From a virus (Duplodnaviria; Caudoviricetes), in the IMG/VR virus record IMGVR_UViG_3300030372_003937, positions 1 to 35,381 of that record: a DNA stretch of 35,381 nt. The stretch is one strand, 5' to 3'. Both the position numbers and the translations under genes were made by a program. Below the pieces are notes generated by a model. It searched no databases. It was not told the origin of the DNA and saw only the letters and a list, made by a program, of their open reading frames with translations. The first letter of the stretch is position 1; each line of letters starts with the position of its first letter. Shown piece after piece: positions 28,143 through 35,126 of the stretch.

Positions 28143-28715
28143 CTATTCTCCTTTAATCTTTGCTATTGTTCCAACGTGTGCATTAAAAATATCAAGATCT
28201 ATTTCTTGGTTCGCTTCTACTCGTTCACGTATCAACTTTTTTAATGTCATGGGTTCTACCCAAGTCTTTGCCGAAGTTTCGTATCCTTTGTTTTCAAGAT
28301 CAGCAACTAAGTCTTTCGCAACATTGTCCTGAGTAATTCCAAACGATACACTTACATCGTTTTTAATGAAGTCACCTGCTCCAATCTCACGAAGGTGATC
28401 TAGTGCGTTTTTTTTTGCGATAGGATCTTTCGGCATAGTGCCAGATACAAAGGTTTGTAACGATACCTTATTGCCTTCAACCTCTACTTTATCTAAATTC
28501 ATTTCTGCCATTTTTGCAGGTATGTATTCATGTACGTAACGGTCTCGGCTTTTCTTTAAAGACTTAACGGATTCCTCTGCTTTTATTATTGACTTATTTA
28601 CATCCGATAGAATCCGAATCATTTCGCTTAATTCAGATCCTCCTTCCGTTGTCAATTGATCAAATTTAGAAGCATCCGCTTCGATAGCCTCCCAAAGTTC
28701 TTCTTTTTTACTCAT
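28143..28715 (-). CDS. Conserved replication-module protein, unknown function
   Basis: Start moved to ATG 28715 (TGATG overlap); coiled-coil N-terminus, VEPMTLKKLIRE. Confidence 0.6.
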   Translation of the reverse strand: MSKKEELWEAIEADASKFDQLTTEGGSELSEMIRILSDVNKSIIKAEESVKSLKKSRDRYVHEYIPAKMAEMNLDKVEVEGNKVSLQTFVSGTMPKDPIAKKNALDHLREIGAGDFIKNDVSVSFGITQDNVAKDLVADLENKGYETSAKTWVEPMTLKKLIRERVEANQEIDLDIFNAHVGTIAKIKGE

Positions 28716-29062
28716 CAACGTATCTCCTCGTCAGGGTTTAAGTTCTCAATTCCACCACCTAATAAATTTACCTTTACGGGGTAGTATATTTTTTCAATCT
28801 TATCCCACTTCAGCATATTTATTCGGCCATGATTTACAGAAGAGGCAAGAGCAAAAGCGATACCGATTATGGCCGGGTCACCCATAGCCAATAACCAGTC
28901 ATCGTCACTGTAACCTTTTAATTTTCTTCTAAGTTGCGCCACAACTCGAGACGGGTTTATATGAACCTGATCGAATGGTGATGCTAAAGGTTCAAGATCA
29001 CCCCACTTTGAAGCCGCCACTATATTGACGCGAGGGTTTTCTTGGGTAACAAATACGCTCAT
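28715..29062 (-). CDS. Hypothetical protein, first gene of the replication operon
   Basis: 115 aa; GGAG SD; DWLLAMGDPAIIG, LKWD. Confidence 0.6.
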   Translation of the reverse strand: MSVFVTQENPRVNIVAASKWGDLEPLASPFDQVHINPSRVVAQLRRKLKGYSDDDWLLAMGDPAIIGIAFALASSVNHGRINMLKWDKIEKIYYPVKVNLLGGGIENLNPDEEIR

Positions 29063-29145
29063 AGTTCTCTCTCCATTTCTGACTTTTTTAATAAAGACTT
29101 AAAACTTGCTTGTCAAGTGGTATGTTATGGTATATCTTACCACGC
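29063..29145. promoter_or_regulatory. Divergent sigma70-like promoter pair with overlapping -35 boxes
   Basis: CTTGTCAAG 29109-29117 gives TTGACA on minus (N17-TATTAA) and TTGTCA on plus (N17-TATCTT). Confidence 0.55.
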
Positions 29146-30594
29146 ATGATGGACATAAATTATCACTACAAAACTAAACCCTACCAGCATCAGGACGATG
29201 TTTTAAGAGAATCCTGGAGCAAGACCAACTGGGCTTATCTTATGGAAATGGGTACAGGCAAATCAAAAGTCTGCATAGACAATGCCTCTTTGCTTTTTCA
29301 AATGGGTAAGATCAATACGTTTATTGTTGTGGCTCCCAAAGGTGTCTATCGCAACTGGGCGAACCTAGAGATACCCGCACATATGCCTGATGACATTGAT
29401 CGAACTGTTGCTATCTGGAAGTCTGGGGCAAATAAATCAGAGCGTAAACTTTTAGAGAAGCTTCTAGAGCCTTCAGAGGTTCTTAGAATTCTTGTTATGA
29501 ATGTTGAGGCACTCTCATCTCCGAAAGGTCGCAAGTACCTTACAGCTCTTTTACAATCTTCCGAAGCTTTACTGGCGGTGGACGAGTCCACTGCAATCAA
29601 ATCTCCCAAGGCAAGTCGAACTAAAGCTCTAATTAAAGTTGGTGAGTTGGCAAAGTACAAGCGGATCTTAACAGGTTTTCCTGTTACTCAATCGCCTATG
29701 GATCTCTGGAGTCAATGTAGATTTTTAAATAAAAAGTTACTGGGGGACTGTGGAGATAACTTTTTTCAGTTTCAGTATCGGTATTGCATCATGAAAAAAC
29801 AACACATCGGCACTCATAGTTTCAATCGTGTTGTAGGCTATCGAAACTTAGAACAGCTCAGTTCAATATTAAAAAACTTTTCTAGCCGAATCACAAAGGA
29901 TGAGTGTCTCGATTTACCCGACAAGATATATACGCAACGGAACATTGCTCTCACTGATGATCAGCAAAGAATTTATACCGAGCTGAAAGAGTTTGCCATG
30001 GCTCACATAGATGATCATGATTTCATGACCGCGAACAATGTCATGACCCAACTATTAAGGATGCAACAGGTTCTGTCTGGTCATGTTAAATCTGATGAAG
30101 GTGAGTTTGTAGAAATTAAAGATAACAGACTCAACGAACTACTTGACTGCCTCGAAGAGATCGAAGGCAAGGCAATTATCTGGTCACGGTTCAGGTATGA
30201 CGTAAAGCGCATTACTGAAGCACTGACCAAGGAACATGGACCAGGGTCCACGGTATCTTACTTTGGCGACACCACAGACGATGAGCGTAGTGACGCGATT
30301 GAGCGATTCCAAAACGGAGACGCAAGGTTCTTTGTTGGTAATCCGCAAACTGGCGGTTACGGAATTACGTTAACCTCTGCAAAAAATGTTATTTATTTTG
30401 CAAACAGTTTTGACTTGGCTGTTCGTATGCAATCAGAGGATAGGGCTCATAGAATTGGTCAAACAGATCATGTGAATTATATTGATTTTATTTCAGAAAA
30501 AACGATTGATGAGAAGATTGTTAAGGCACTTCGTAACAAGATGGATATAGCATCCACTGTTATGGGTGAAGAACTAAAAAACTGGCTTACATAA
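29146..30594 (+). CDS. SNF2-family (SF2) helicase/ATPase
   Basis: MEMGTGKS, VDEST, LTGFP, GYGITLT, QSEDRAHRIGQ. Start moved to ATG 29146 (or 29149). Confidence 0.9.
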   Translation: MMDINYHYKTKPYQHQDDVLRESWSKTNWAYLMEMGTGKSKVCIDNASLLFQMGKINTFIVVAPKGVYRNWANLEIPAHMPDDIDRTVAIWKSGANKSERKLLEKLLEPSEVLRILVMNVEALSSPKGRKYLTALLQSSEALLAVDESTAIKSPKASRTKALIKVGELAKYKRILTGFPVTQSPMDLWSQCRFLNKKLLGDCGDNFFQFQYRYCIMKKQHIGTHSFNRVVGYRNLEQLSSILKNFSSRITKDECLDLPDKIYTQRNIALTDDQQRIYTELKEFAMAHIDDHDFMTANNVMTQLLRMQQVLSGHVKSDEGEFVEIKDNRLNELLDCLEEIEGKAIIWSRFRYDVKRITEALTKEHGPGSTVSYFGDTTDDERSDAIERFQNGDARFFVGNPQTGGYGITLTSAKNVIYFANSFDLAVRMQSEDRAHRIGQTDHVNYIDFISEKTIDEKIVKALRNKMDIASTVMGEELKNWLT

Positions 30595-30607
30595 AAGGAG
30601 AACTACT

Positions 30608-30829
30608 ATGGAAGTAATTACAGCTTTAACTATTTCTTTTGCAAGTATGTTTATTGCAGACAACGAAGAATTTTTTAACCAAGTCAAAGAACAAATAAAA
30701 CAAGGAGCCGAGTGGCATTATGTTGGAAAATCTCCACTTGATTCCAACTCCAAGTCCATTCCGGCTCAAATATGCATGAACGGCTGTGATGAGCCGTATA
30801 TCATGTGGAAACTTAAACTACCTGAATAA
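30608..30829 (+). CDS. Hypothetical protein with hydrophobic N-terminus
   Basis: 73 aa; AAGGAG SD. Confidence 0.55.
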   Translation: MEVITALTISFASMFIADNEEFFNQVKEQIKQGAEWHYVGKSPLDSNSKSIPAQICMNGCDEPYIMWKLKLPE

Positions 30830-30840
30830 AGGATAAAGAT

Positions 30841-31038
30841 ATGCCTGATATTAAACGATATAAAAGTGTTGCTGTTCCCATACCTACTTGGAAGAAATTA
30901 TGGAAACTTGCAGATAAAAATCAAAGATCTCCTGCTCAACAGATTTCATTTTTAGTGGAGATTGCACAAACAGCACCCACGGATGCAGAATTTAGAGTAT
31001 TATTTTCAGATGTAGAAAAAAATAGGAAAAAGAAATGA
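30841..31038 (+). CDS. Ribbon-helix-helix-like DNA-binding protein
   Basis: 65 aa; YKSVAV strand, helix WKKLWKLA, RSPAQQISFLV helix. Confidence 0.6.
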   Translation: MPDIKRYKSVAVPIPTWKKLWKLADKNQRSPAQQISFLVEIAQTAPTDAEFRVLFSDVEKNRKKK

Positions 31039-31304
31039 ACAAAAATTATACTCCGTTGGATGATTTTTATGATCATATAAAGATCATTACAAAGGCTACT
31101 ACAGATTTGAATATGGAAGCAAAAACAATAGTTCTTTTTAGAGCTGCCCTTGAACTGGGAGCTGAAGAAATGGGTGTTGAAAAAGCTATGAATGTCCTTG
31201 CTAGGCTCATGACTTCTACAATGAGTATACTTGAGGGAGATGAAGAAGCTGATTTTCAAGATATTTTAGAAGATCTAGATATTTCTGACATGACTAAAAA
31301 TTAA
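31035..31304 (+). CDS. Hypothetical acidic helical protein
   Basis: 89 aa; ATGA-coupled. Confidence 0.55.
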   Translation: MNKNYTPLDDFYDHIKIITKATTDLNMEAKTIVLFRAALELGAEEMGVEKAMNVLARLMTSTMSILEGDEEADFQDILEDLDISDMTKN

Positions 31305-31313
31305 TGAGGATAA

Positions 31314-31532
31314 ATGATCAAACAGAAAGAACATTGGTCTGTTATCTTAACAGATATCCGAAAGGAAGCTGGACTCACAAGAACTCAGCTCTCTTCTTTA
31401 TCTGGTGTTGGATCAAGCACTATAGAGAACTATGAAAGATGTAAGATTGTAGAGCCTTCAATATACAAAATTGAAAGTCTTCTTTGTGCAATGGGATATG
31501 AATTAGATGCTATTAAAAGGAGAAGAATATGA
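31314..31532 (+). CDS. XRE/Cro-family HTH regulator
   Basis: 72 aa; IRKEAGLTRTQLSSLSGVGSSTIENYE...PS...IESLLCAMG. Confidence 0.85.
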   Translation: MIKQKEHWSVILTDIRKEAGLTRTQLSSLSGVGSSTIENYERCKIVEPSIYKIESLLCAMGYELDAIKRRRI

Positions 31533-31786
31533 TTAAGTATGCTTTAATTTTAGTCATACATTTGTTTGAGCCTGACAAATCTTTATTTCTCCAAGTAGGG
31601 ACAAAAGAAGAAGGACCCATGGTTTTTAACTCTTTTGTAAAGTGTGAAAAATATTTTTTTGAAAACATCATATCTTTAAGACTATGGAGTTTAAATATGA
31701 TTCCAAAAGATAAGTTAATTAAAGATATAAGTTTTTTCTGTCATGAAGAAAAAGATGTAATACCTAATTATAAAAAACAAATTTAA
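31529..31786 (+). CDS. Hypothetical protein with hydrophobic N-terminus
   Basis: 85 aa; AAGGAG SD; ATGA-coupled; stop overlaps the convergent gene's stop. Confidence 0.5.
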   Translation: MIKYALILVIHLFEPDKSLFLQVGTKEEGPMVFNSFVKCEKYFFENIISLRLWSLNMIPKDKLIKDISFFCHEEKDVIPNYKKQI

Positions 31787-32253
31787 TTAGAATAAAAAAT
31801 GTGTTGACCAATCTTAAAACGTTTTTCGAGGATCTTAGACCAATCAGGACTAACCCAGTCAGCATGATAGTGTGTTGCCTTTTCAAGACCTACAATTTCT
31901 ATTTCTTTCAATAACAGATTAAAAGCTATGCCTTGGGCTAAGTTCCATGAATCCTTGTCATTAGGACGTTCTGGCTTTCCATCACACCAATAACTAAACT
32001 GACAACGGTTCTTTATAGGAATGTGTTTCCAATACCTACCTTGTCGTACAACTCCACACACTGTATCGGGATAATTAGGATGATCAACTCTATTTTGTAT
32101 GACTACTCCTACAGCTATCATACCCAATATTCCCTGATTACGAGCTTCAAAGTAAAGTGCTTCAGCTAAACAATATTGTTCGTTTGCACTGACAGCTTTT
32201 GCCGGGAATAATAGTGATAATAAAAATAACAAAGTTATGATTTTATTTTTCAT
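31783..32253 (-). CDS. SleB/CwlJ-family cell wall hydrolase (Hydrolase_2) with signal peptide
   Basis: CLAEALYFEAR, VIQNRV, CQFSYWCDG, ATHYHA, IGQHIFY; N-terminal MKNKIITLLFLLSLLFPAKA. Confidence 0.88.
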   Translation of the reverse strand: MKNKIITLLFLLSLLFPAKAVSANEQYCLAEALYFEARNQGILGMIAVGVVIQNRVDHPNYPDTVCGVVRQGRYWKHIPIKNRCQFSYWCDGKPERPNDKDSWNLAQGIAFNLLLKEIEIVGLEKATHYHADWVSPDWSKILEKRFKIGQHIFYSN

Positions 32254-32569
32254 AATCTAACGTTAGCTCCTCACCCTTCTTTATATTACGCGATGTTACT
32301 AGGTTATAAATCTGACAATCATCCCAATCATGAATCAGTTCTAAAAAACAATTTTCTTTTTCTGAATGATTTAAAAAGCCTCCAATGGGTGTTCGAATTA
32401 ATCCTTTGTACATCGGCACGTTAATGTGCGTTGTGCCAAGATCAGTATTCTTTGGTATATTAACAACAGCAAATATACCAAGACCCTCAATATCACTTTG
32501 CCTGATTGTAATCTCATCAGGTAAAGGTCGATAGTAAAAGGGATTGTAAATGGGAAAAGATTCAGTCAC
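32243..32569 (-). CDS. SET-domain protein (putative lysine methyltransferase)
   Basis: 108 aa; GLGIFA, GFLNHS, GEELTLDY SET signatures. Confidence 0.85.
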   Translation of the reverse strand: MTESFPIYNPFYYRPLPDEITIRQSDIEGLGIFAVVNIPKNTDLGTTHINVPMYKGLIRTPIGGFLNHSEKENCFLELIHDWDDCQIYNLVTSRNIKKGEELTLDYEK

Positions 32570-33290
32570 TGTCTAAATCCTGTTCCGCTAAAGCACACAG
32601 AAAATCGCAATCTGGCGCAATGGGTTTTGTTAACTTCTGATCCGCTGGAACCTCATCTATAAAAACCCTCTCACCATTGACCCTTGCTAATCTAGCACCT
32701 AGTTCTCGGCTCAACTCATTCATGCGGTTAAACTCATCAGGAAAGTGCTTGCGAACCATAGCCCAGTAATCTGGACTTGTAGCCTTACAACACGGCACAC
32801 AATTAGCGTTAGGAAAACCAAAGCTGTAAATCTCAGGCAACTTTATCCCAGTATCTTCAACAATCGCCATGCAAGATGCTTTTGTCAGTCCACGTTCAAT
32901 TAAGGGAAACTCGCACGTTAACTCAGGCCAGTTTTCTGTTAAACCATTAGCTCGTTTTACATCCGCAGAATCTGCCGTGTAGCCAAATATGTGAATATCG
33001 TCAGGTTTTTGAAAGGCAAGTCTCGGAGCAACCTTTAGCTCCATGGTGCAAGGAGCACCCCCGATTCCCGATATGTATCTACGCTTGTCCCAAACATCCC
33101 AAGTGTCTTTGAACTTAGGATTGTTTAGAAGCGTAATTTCCTTCTCGAACCAAACAGAACAATCATCCATAAATCTTTTGTTATCGTGATGCTCAGAGCC
33201 AACTTCGCAGTAGGCAATTACATCAGGGCGCGACAGTTTTGTTGCTACTGCTGATGCTGCACCACAACTAAACCAACTTACTTTTCTCAC
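32562..33290 (-). CDS. PAPS-reductase-like (PP-loop) protein
   Basis: 242 aa; WFSCGAASAVA PP-loop variant, APCTMELK, FPLIE, NANCVPCCKA, CDFLC. Confidence 0.7.
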   Translation of the reverse strand: MRKVSWFSCGAASAVATKLSRPDVIAYCEVGSEHHDNKRFMDDCSVWFEKEITLLNNPKFKDTWDVWDKRRYISGIGGAPCTMELKVAPRLAFQKPDDIHIFGYTADSADVKRANGLTENWPELTCEFPLIERGLTKASCMAIVEDTGIKLPEIYSFGFPNANCVPCCKATSPDYWAMVRKHFPDEFNRMNELSRELGARLARVNGERVFIDEVPADQKLTKPIAPDCDFLCALAEQDLDSD

Positions 33291-33430
33291 TCTCTGCTAC
33301 CCAATGTTTCTTTGAGTAAAACTCTCAACTTATGATCCCACATCATTTTCAAATCTGGGTGACCAGCTCTAGCTCTAGCCAGAACTATTTGATCAACTAT
33401 CCTAGCAAATTTTTCTTTAATATACATCAT
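33287..33430 (-). CDS. Micro-protein A (47 aa, not in ORF track)
   Basis: MMYIKEKFARIVDQIVLARARAGHPDLKMMWDHKLRVLLKETLGSRE; AAGGAG SD; GTGA overlap with the next gene. Confidence 0.7.
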   Translation of the reverse strand: MMYIKEKFARIVDQIVLARARAGHPDLKMMWDHKLRVLLKETLGSRE

Positions 33431-34358
33431 ATGTCTCCTTTATTGCTTGTCCGATTTTTTGCGCGATTTGGGGGATGATACTGTTTCCCAAGGCACGGAG
33501 TTGAGGTATTCGGTTGGGTAGCCCATCAACCAGGCGACCCACATTGGGTTCAACTTCCCACCACTGCTCTGCTCGGTATGACTCACCGCATCCTTCAGCT
33601 TCACGCCCCACCGTTCTCCCTTTTGATTTTTTCGAGAGAACGACCCCTTGTTTAATTCCACGTTCTTTACCACCCCTCCCTCCGTGTCGCTTACTCTTGG
33701 AGTCGGCCACAGTTGTACTTCTGTCTCTAACCTTTTCTTCGGGTTTCCCTCTCGTAGTTCCTTGCTTGATGGACCATTTGCCATTGAAACTCTTGGAGTC
33801 GGCCACAAACTCGAACCCCAACTGCCGTTGTCCCGCGTTGCCATCGAAGGAGCCATCTGGTTCGCTTTCGCTGTCGGAGTGTGCAACAATCCATAACCTT
33901 TGACGGAGGTGCGGGGCTCCGACCGAGCAAGCTGGAATATTAAACGTCCTTGTGGCGTAACCTTCGCTTTCCAAGTCAGCGAGTACTTCGTCCAAGCCCA
34001 ATCGGATGAGTCCAACAACATTTTCTCCAACAACCCAAGTGGGCCGGCATTCCCTGATAAGCCTAAACATTTCTGGCCAGAGATGGCGGGGGTCGTCTTG
34101 GGCTTGCTGTCTTCCCGCTTGACTGAATGGCTGGCAAGGGAATCCTCCGCAAATAACATCGGGTCGGGTCGGGAGGTCTTCGGCTTTGACATTTTTTATA
34201 TCTCCTAATACCGGGACTTCGGGCCAATGGTGTTTCAACACCGCTTGGCAGTATGGTTCGTTTTCTACAAATGATATTGTCTCAAAGAAATCAGTGGCTT
34301 CAAATCCTTTCGAGAAGCCACCAATTCCTGAGAATAAATCAAGAATGCGTAACACCAC
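33417..34358 (-). CDS. C5-cytosine DNA methyltransferase, alpha polypeptide (no recognisable motif IX)
   Basis: Motifs I LDLFSGIGG, III GDI, IV GGFPCQPFS, VI ENV, VIII HLRQRLWIV, X LGNSI. Start likely GTG 34358 (TAGTG coupling). Confidence 0.9.
   Translation of the reverse strand: MVLRILDLFSGIGGFSKGFEATDFFETISFVENEPYCQAVLKHHWPEVPVLGDIKNVKAEDLPTRPDVICGGFPCQPFSQAGRQQAQDDPRHLWPEMFRLIRECRPTWVVGENVVGLIRLGLDEVLADLESEGYATRTFNIPACSVGAPHLRQRLWIVAHSDSESEPDGSFDGNAGQRQLGFEFVADSKSFNGKWSIKQGTTRGKPEEKVRDRSTTVADSKSKRHGGRGGKERGIKQGVVLSKKSKGRTVGREAEGCGESYRAEQWWEVEPNVGRLVDGLPNRIPQLRALGNSIIPQIAQKIGQAIKETYDVY
33440..34192 (-). CDS. Nested +1-frame gene: putative MTase beta polypeptide (WPTP repeats and motif IX-like segment)
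   Basis: 250 codons; own AGGAG-N9-ATG; LNPMWVAWLMGYP resembles motif IX (consensus about RxLTPRExARLQGFP). Confidence 0.8.
   Translation of the reverse strand: MSKPKTSRPDPMLFAEDSLASHSVKREDSKPKTTPAISGQKCLGLSGNAGPLGLLEKMLLDSSDWAWTKYSLTWKAKVTPQGRLIFQLARSEPRTSVKGYGLLHTPTAKANQMAPSMATRDNGSWGSSLWPTPRVSMANGPSSKELREGNPKKRLETEVQLWPTPRVSDTEGGVVKNVELNKGSFSRKNQKGERWGVKLKDAVSHTEQSSGGKLNPMWVAWLMGYPTEYLNSVPWETVSSPKSRKKSDKQ
33693..33807 (-). repeat. 19-bp exact repeat in the dual-coding region, 96-bp period
   Basis: ACTCTTGGAGTCGGCCACA (plus strand) at 33693-33711 and 33789-33807; degenerate copy (13/19) at 33870-33888. Confidence 0.9.
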
Positions 34359-34426
34359 TACATTCCTTGACAAAGACCTACAATAAAACTTCCGATCAAT
34401 AAACCTATCAGTATTTCACTACCCAT
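34358..34426 (-). CDS. 22-aa hydrophobic peptide (not in ORF track)
   Basis: MGSEILIGLLIGSFIVGLCQGM; AAGGGAG SD; stop overlaps the MTase GTG. Confidence 0.5.
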   Translation of the reverse strand: MGSEILIGLLIGSFIVGLCQGM

Positions 34427-34556
34427 TGTAATTCTCCCTTAACAGATTTTTTAGTAAAAAACGTAACTTATAATTCCAGATTGCTATGAAATCAGGATCC
34501 TTGGCATTGTCTCTTGCCTTGGTTAGATTATCTATCAGTCTTTCAAAGTTGTGCAT
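34419..34556 (-). CDS. Micro-protein B (45 aa, paralog of A; not in ORF track)
   Basis: MHNFERLIDNLTKARDNAKDPDFIAIWNYKLRFLLKNLLRENYNG; GGGAG upstream. Confidence 0.7.
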   Translation of the reverse strand: MHNFERLIDNLTKARDNAKDPDFIAIWNYKLRFLLKNLLRENYNG

Positions 34557-34707
34557 CAGGAACTTCTCCCTCTGATTTACATTGATTACATTGTTCAATT
34601 TCTATGGTTTCAATATCAATGTCTTTATGATCCGCACACCAAAGGCTAGGCTTTAAAACAATCTTTCTCAGGTATCCATTGCCATGACATACTTGACATA
34701 TTTTCAT
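34543..34707 (-). CDS. DnaJ-type zinc-finger micro-protein (54 aa, not in ORF track)
   Basis: MKICQVCHGNGY...QCNQCKSEGEV; GGAGG SD; ATGA overlap. Confidence 0.7.
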   Translation of the reverse strand: MKICQVCHGNGYLRKIVLKPSLWCADHKDIDIETIEIEQCNQCKSEGEVPDAQL

Positions 34708-34865
34708 TTCACTTCCTCCAAGTAATTGTTCACAAGTTTTTGAACAACTTGATTTAGAGTTAACTTAAGACCTAGCTTCTCAGACATTATTTGTTGAACT
34801 TTATTCAAGTTAGTGCGACAAGGCACACGCAAATTAATATCTTCTTGTTTGTATTTATTTTTCAA
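34704..34865 (-). CDS. Small RHH-like DNA-binding protein (53 aa, not in ORF track)
   Basis: TTG start with GGAG SD and TTGA overlap; MKNKYKQEDINLRVPCRTNLNKVQQIMSEKLGLKLTLNQVVQKLVNNYLEEVK. Confidence 0.55.
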   Translation of the reverse strand: MKNKYKQEDINLRVPCRTNLNKVQQIMSEKLGLKLTLNQVVQKLVNNYLEEVK

Positions 34866-35113
34866 ATTTTTTCTCCATCATATTTGTAAATGCCAGATAC
34901 TATTTCTGACGACAGCTCATCCTCTAGTATTTCAGCCGTGTCATTTCCATCGACAAGGCAATGGAGCATGTAGTCGTAAGACTCATGCTCGTTGTCCTTT
35001 ATGTTAGTTCGAAATAAAACACGCTCCCGGATCTCAATAGTCTTGTAACCAAGAGTGGTAAAAGAACTTTGTTCCTTTTTGTCTTGTAACTTATATCTTG
35101 CTCCAATAAACAT
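34862..35113 (-). CDS. Hypothetical protein
   Basis: Start moved to ATG 35113 (AAGGAG SD); 83 aa. Confidence 0.55.
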   Translation of the reverse strand: MFIGARYKLQDKKEQSSFTTLGYKTIEIRERVLFRTNIKDNEHESYDYMLHCLVDGNDTAEILEDELSSEIVSGIYKYDGEKI

Positions 35114-35126
35114 AACTTTCTCCTTT

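Noticed and set aside
33693-33888. 19-bp repeats with unique intervening sequence as a mini-CRISPR array
   Set aside because: Only two exact copies, non-palindromic, with 62-77 bp gaps that preserve two coding frames; no cas genes.
33514-34208. Plus-strand ORFs (129, 82 and 102 aa) antisense to the MTase
   Set aside because: No recognisable motifs or convincing SD; expected by-product of a GC-rich dual-coding region.
33417-34358. MTase as a frameshifted pseudogene or programmed-frameshift fusion
   Set aside because: Both frames are intact and the inner one has its own SD and ATG. A single-chain product in canonical motif order would need two compensating shifts. Not formally excluded.
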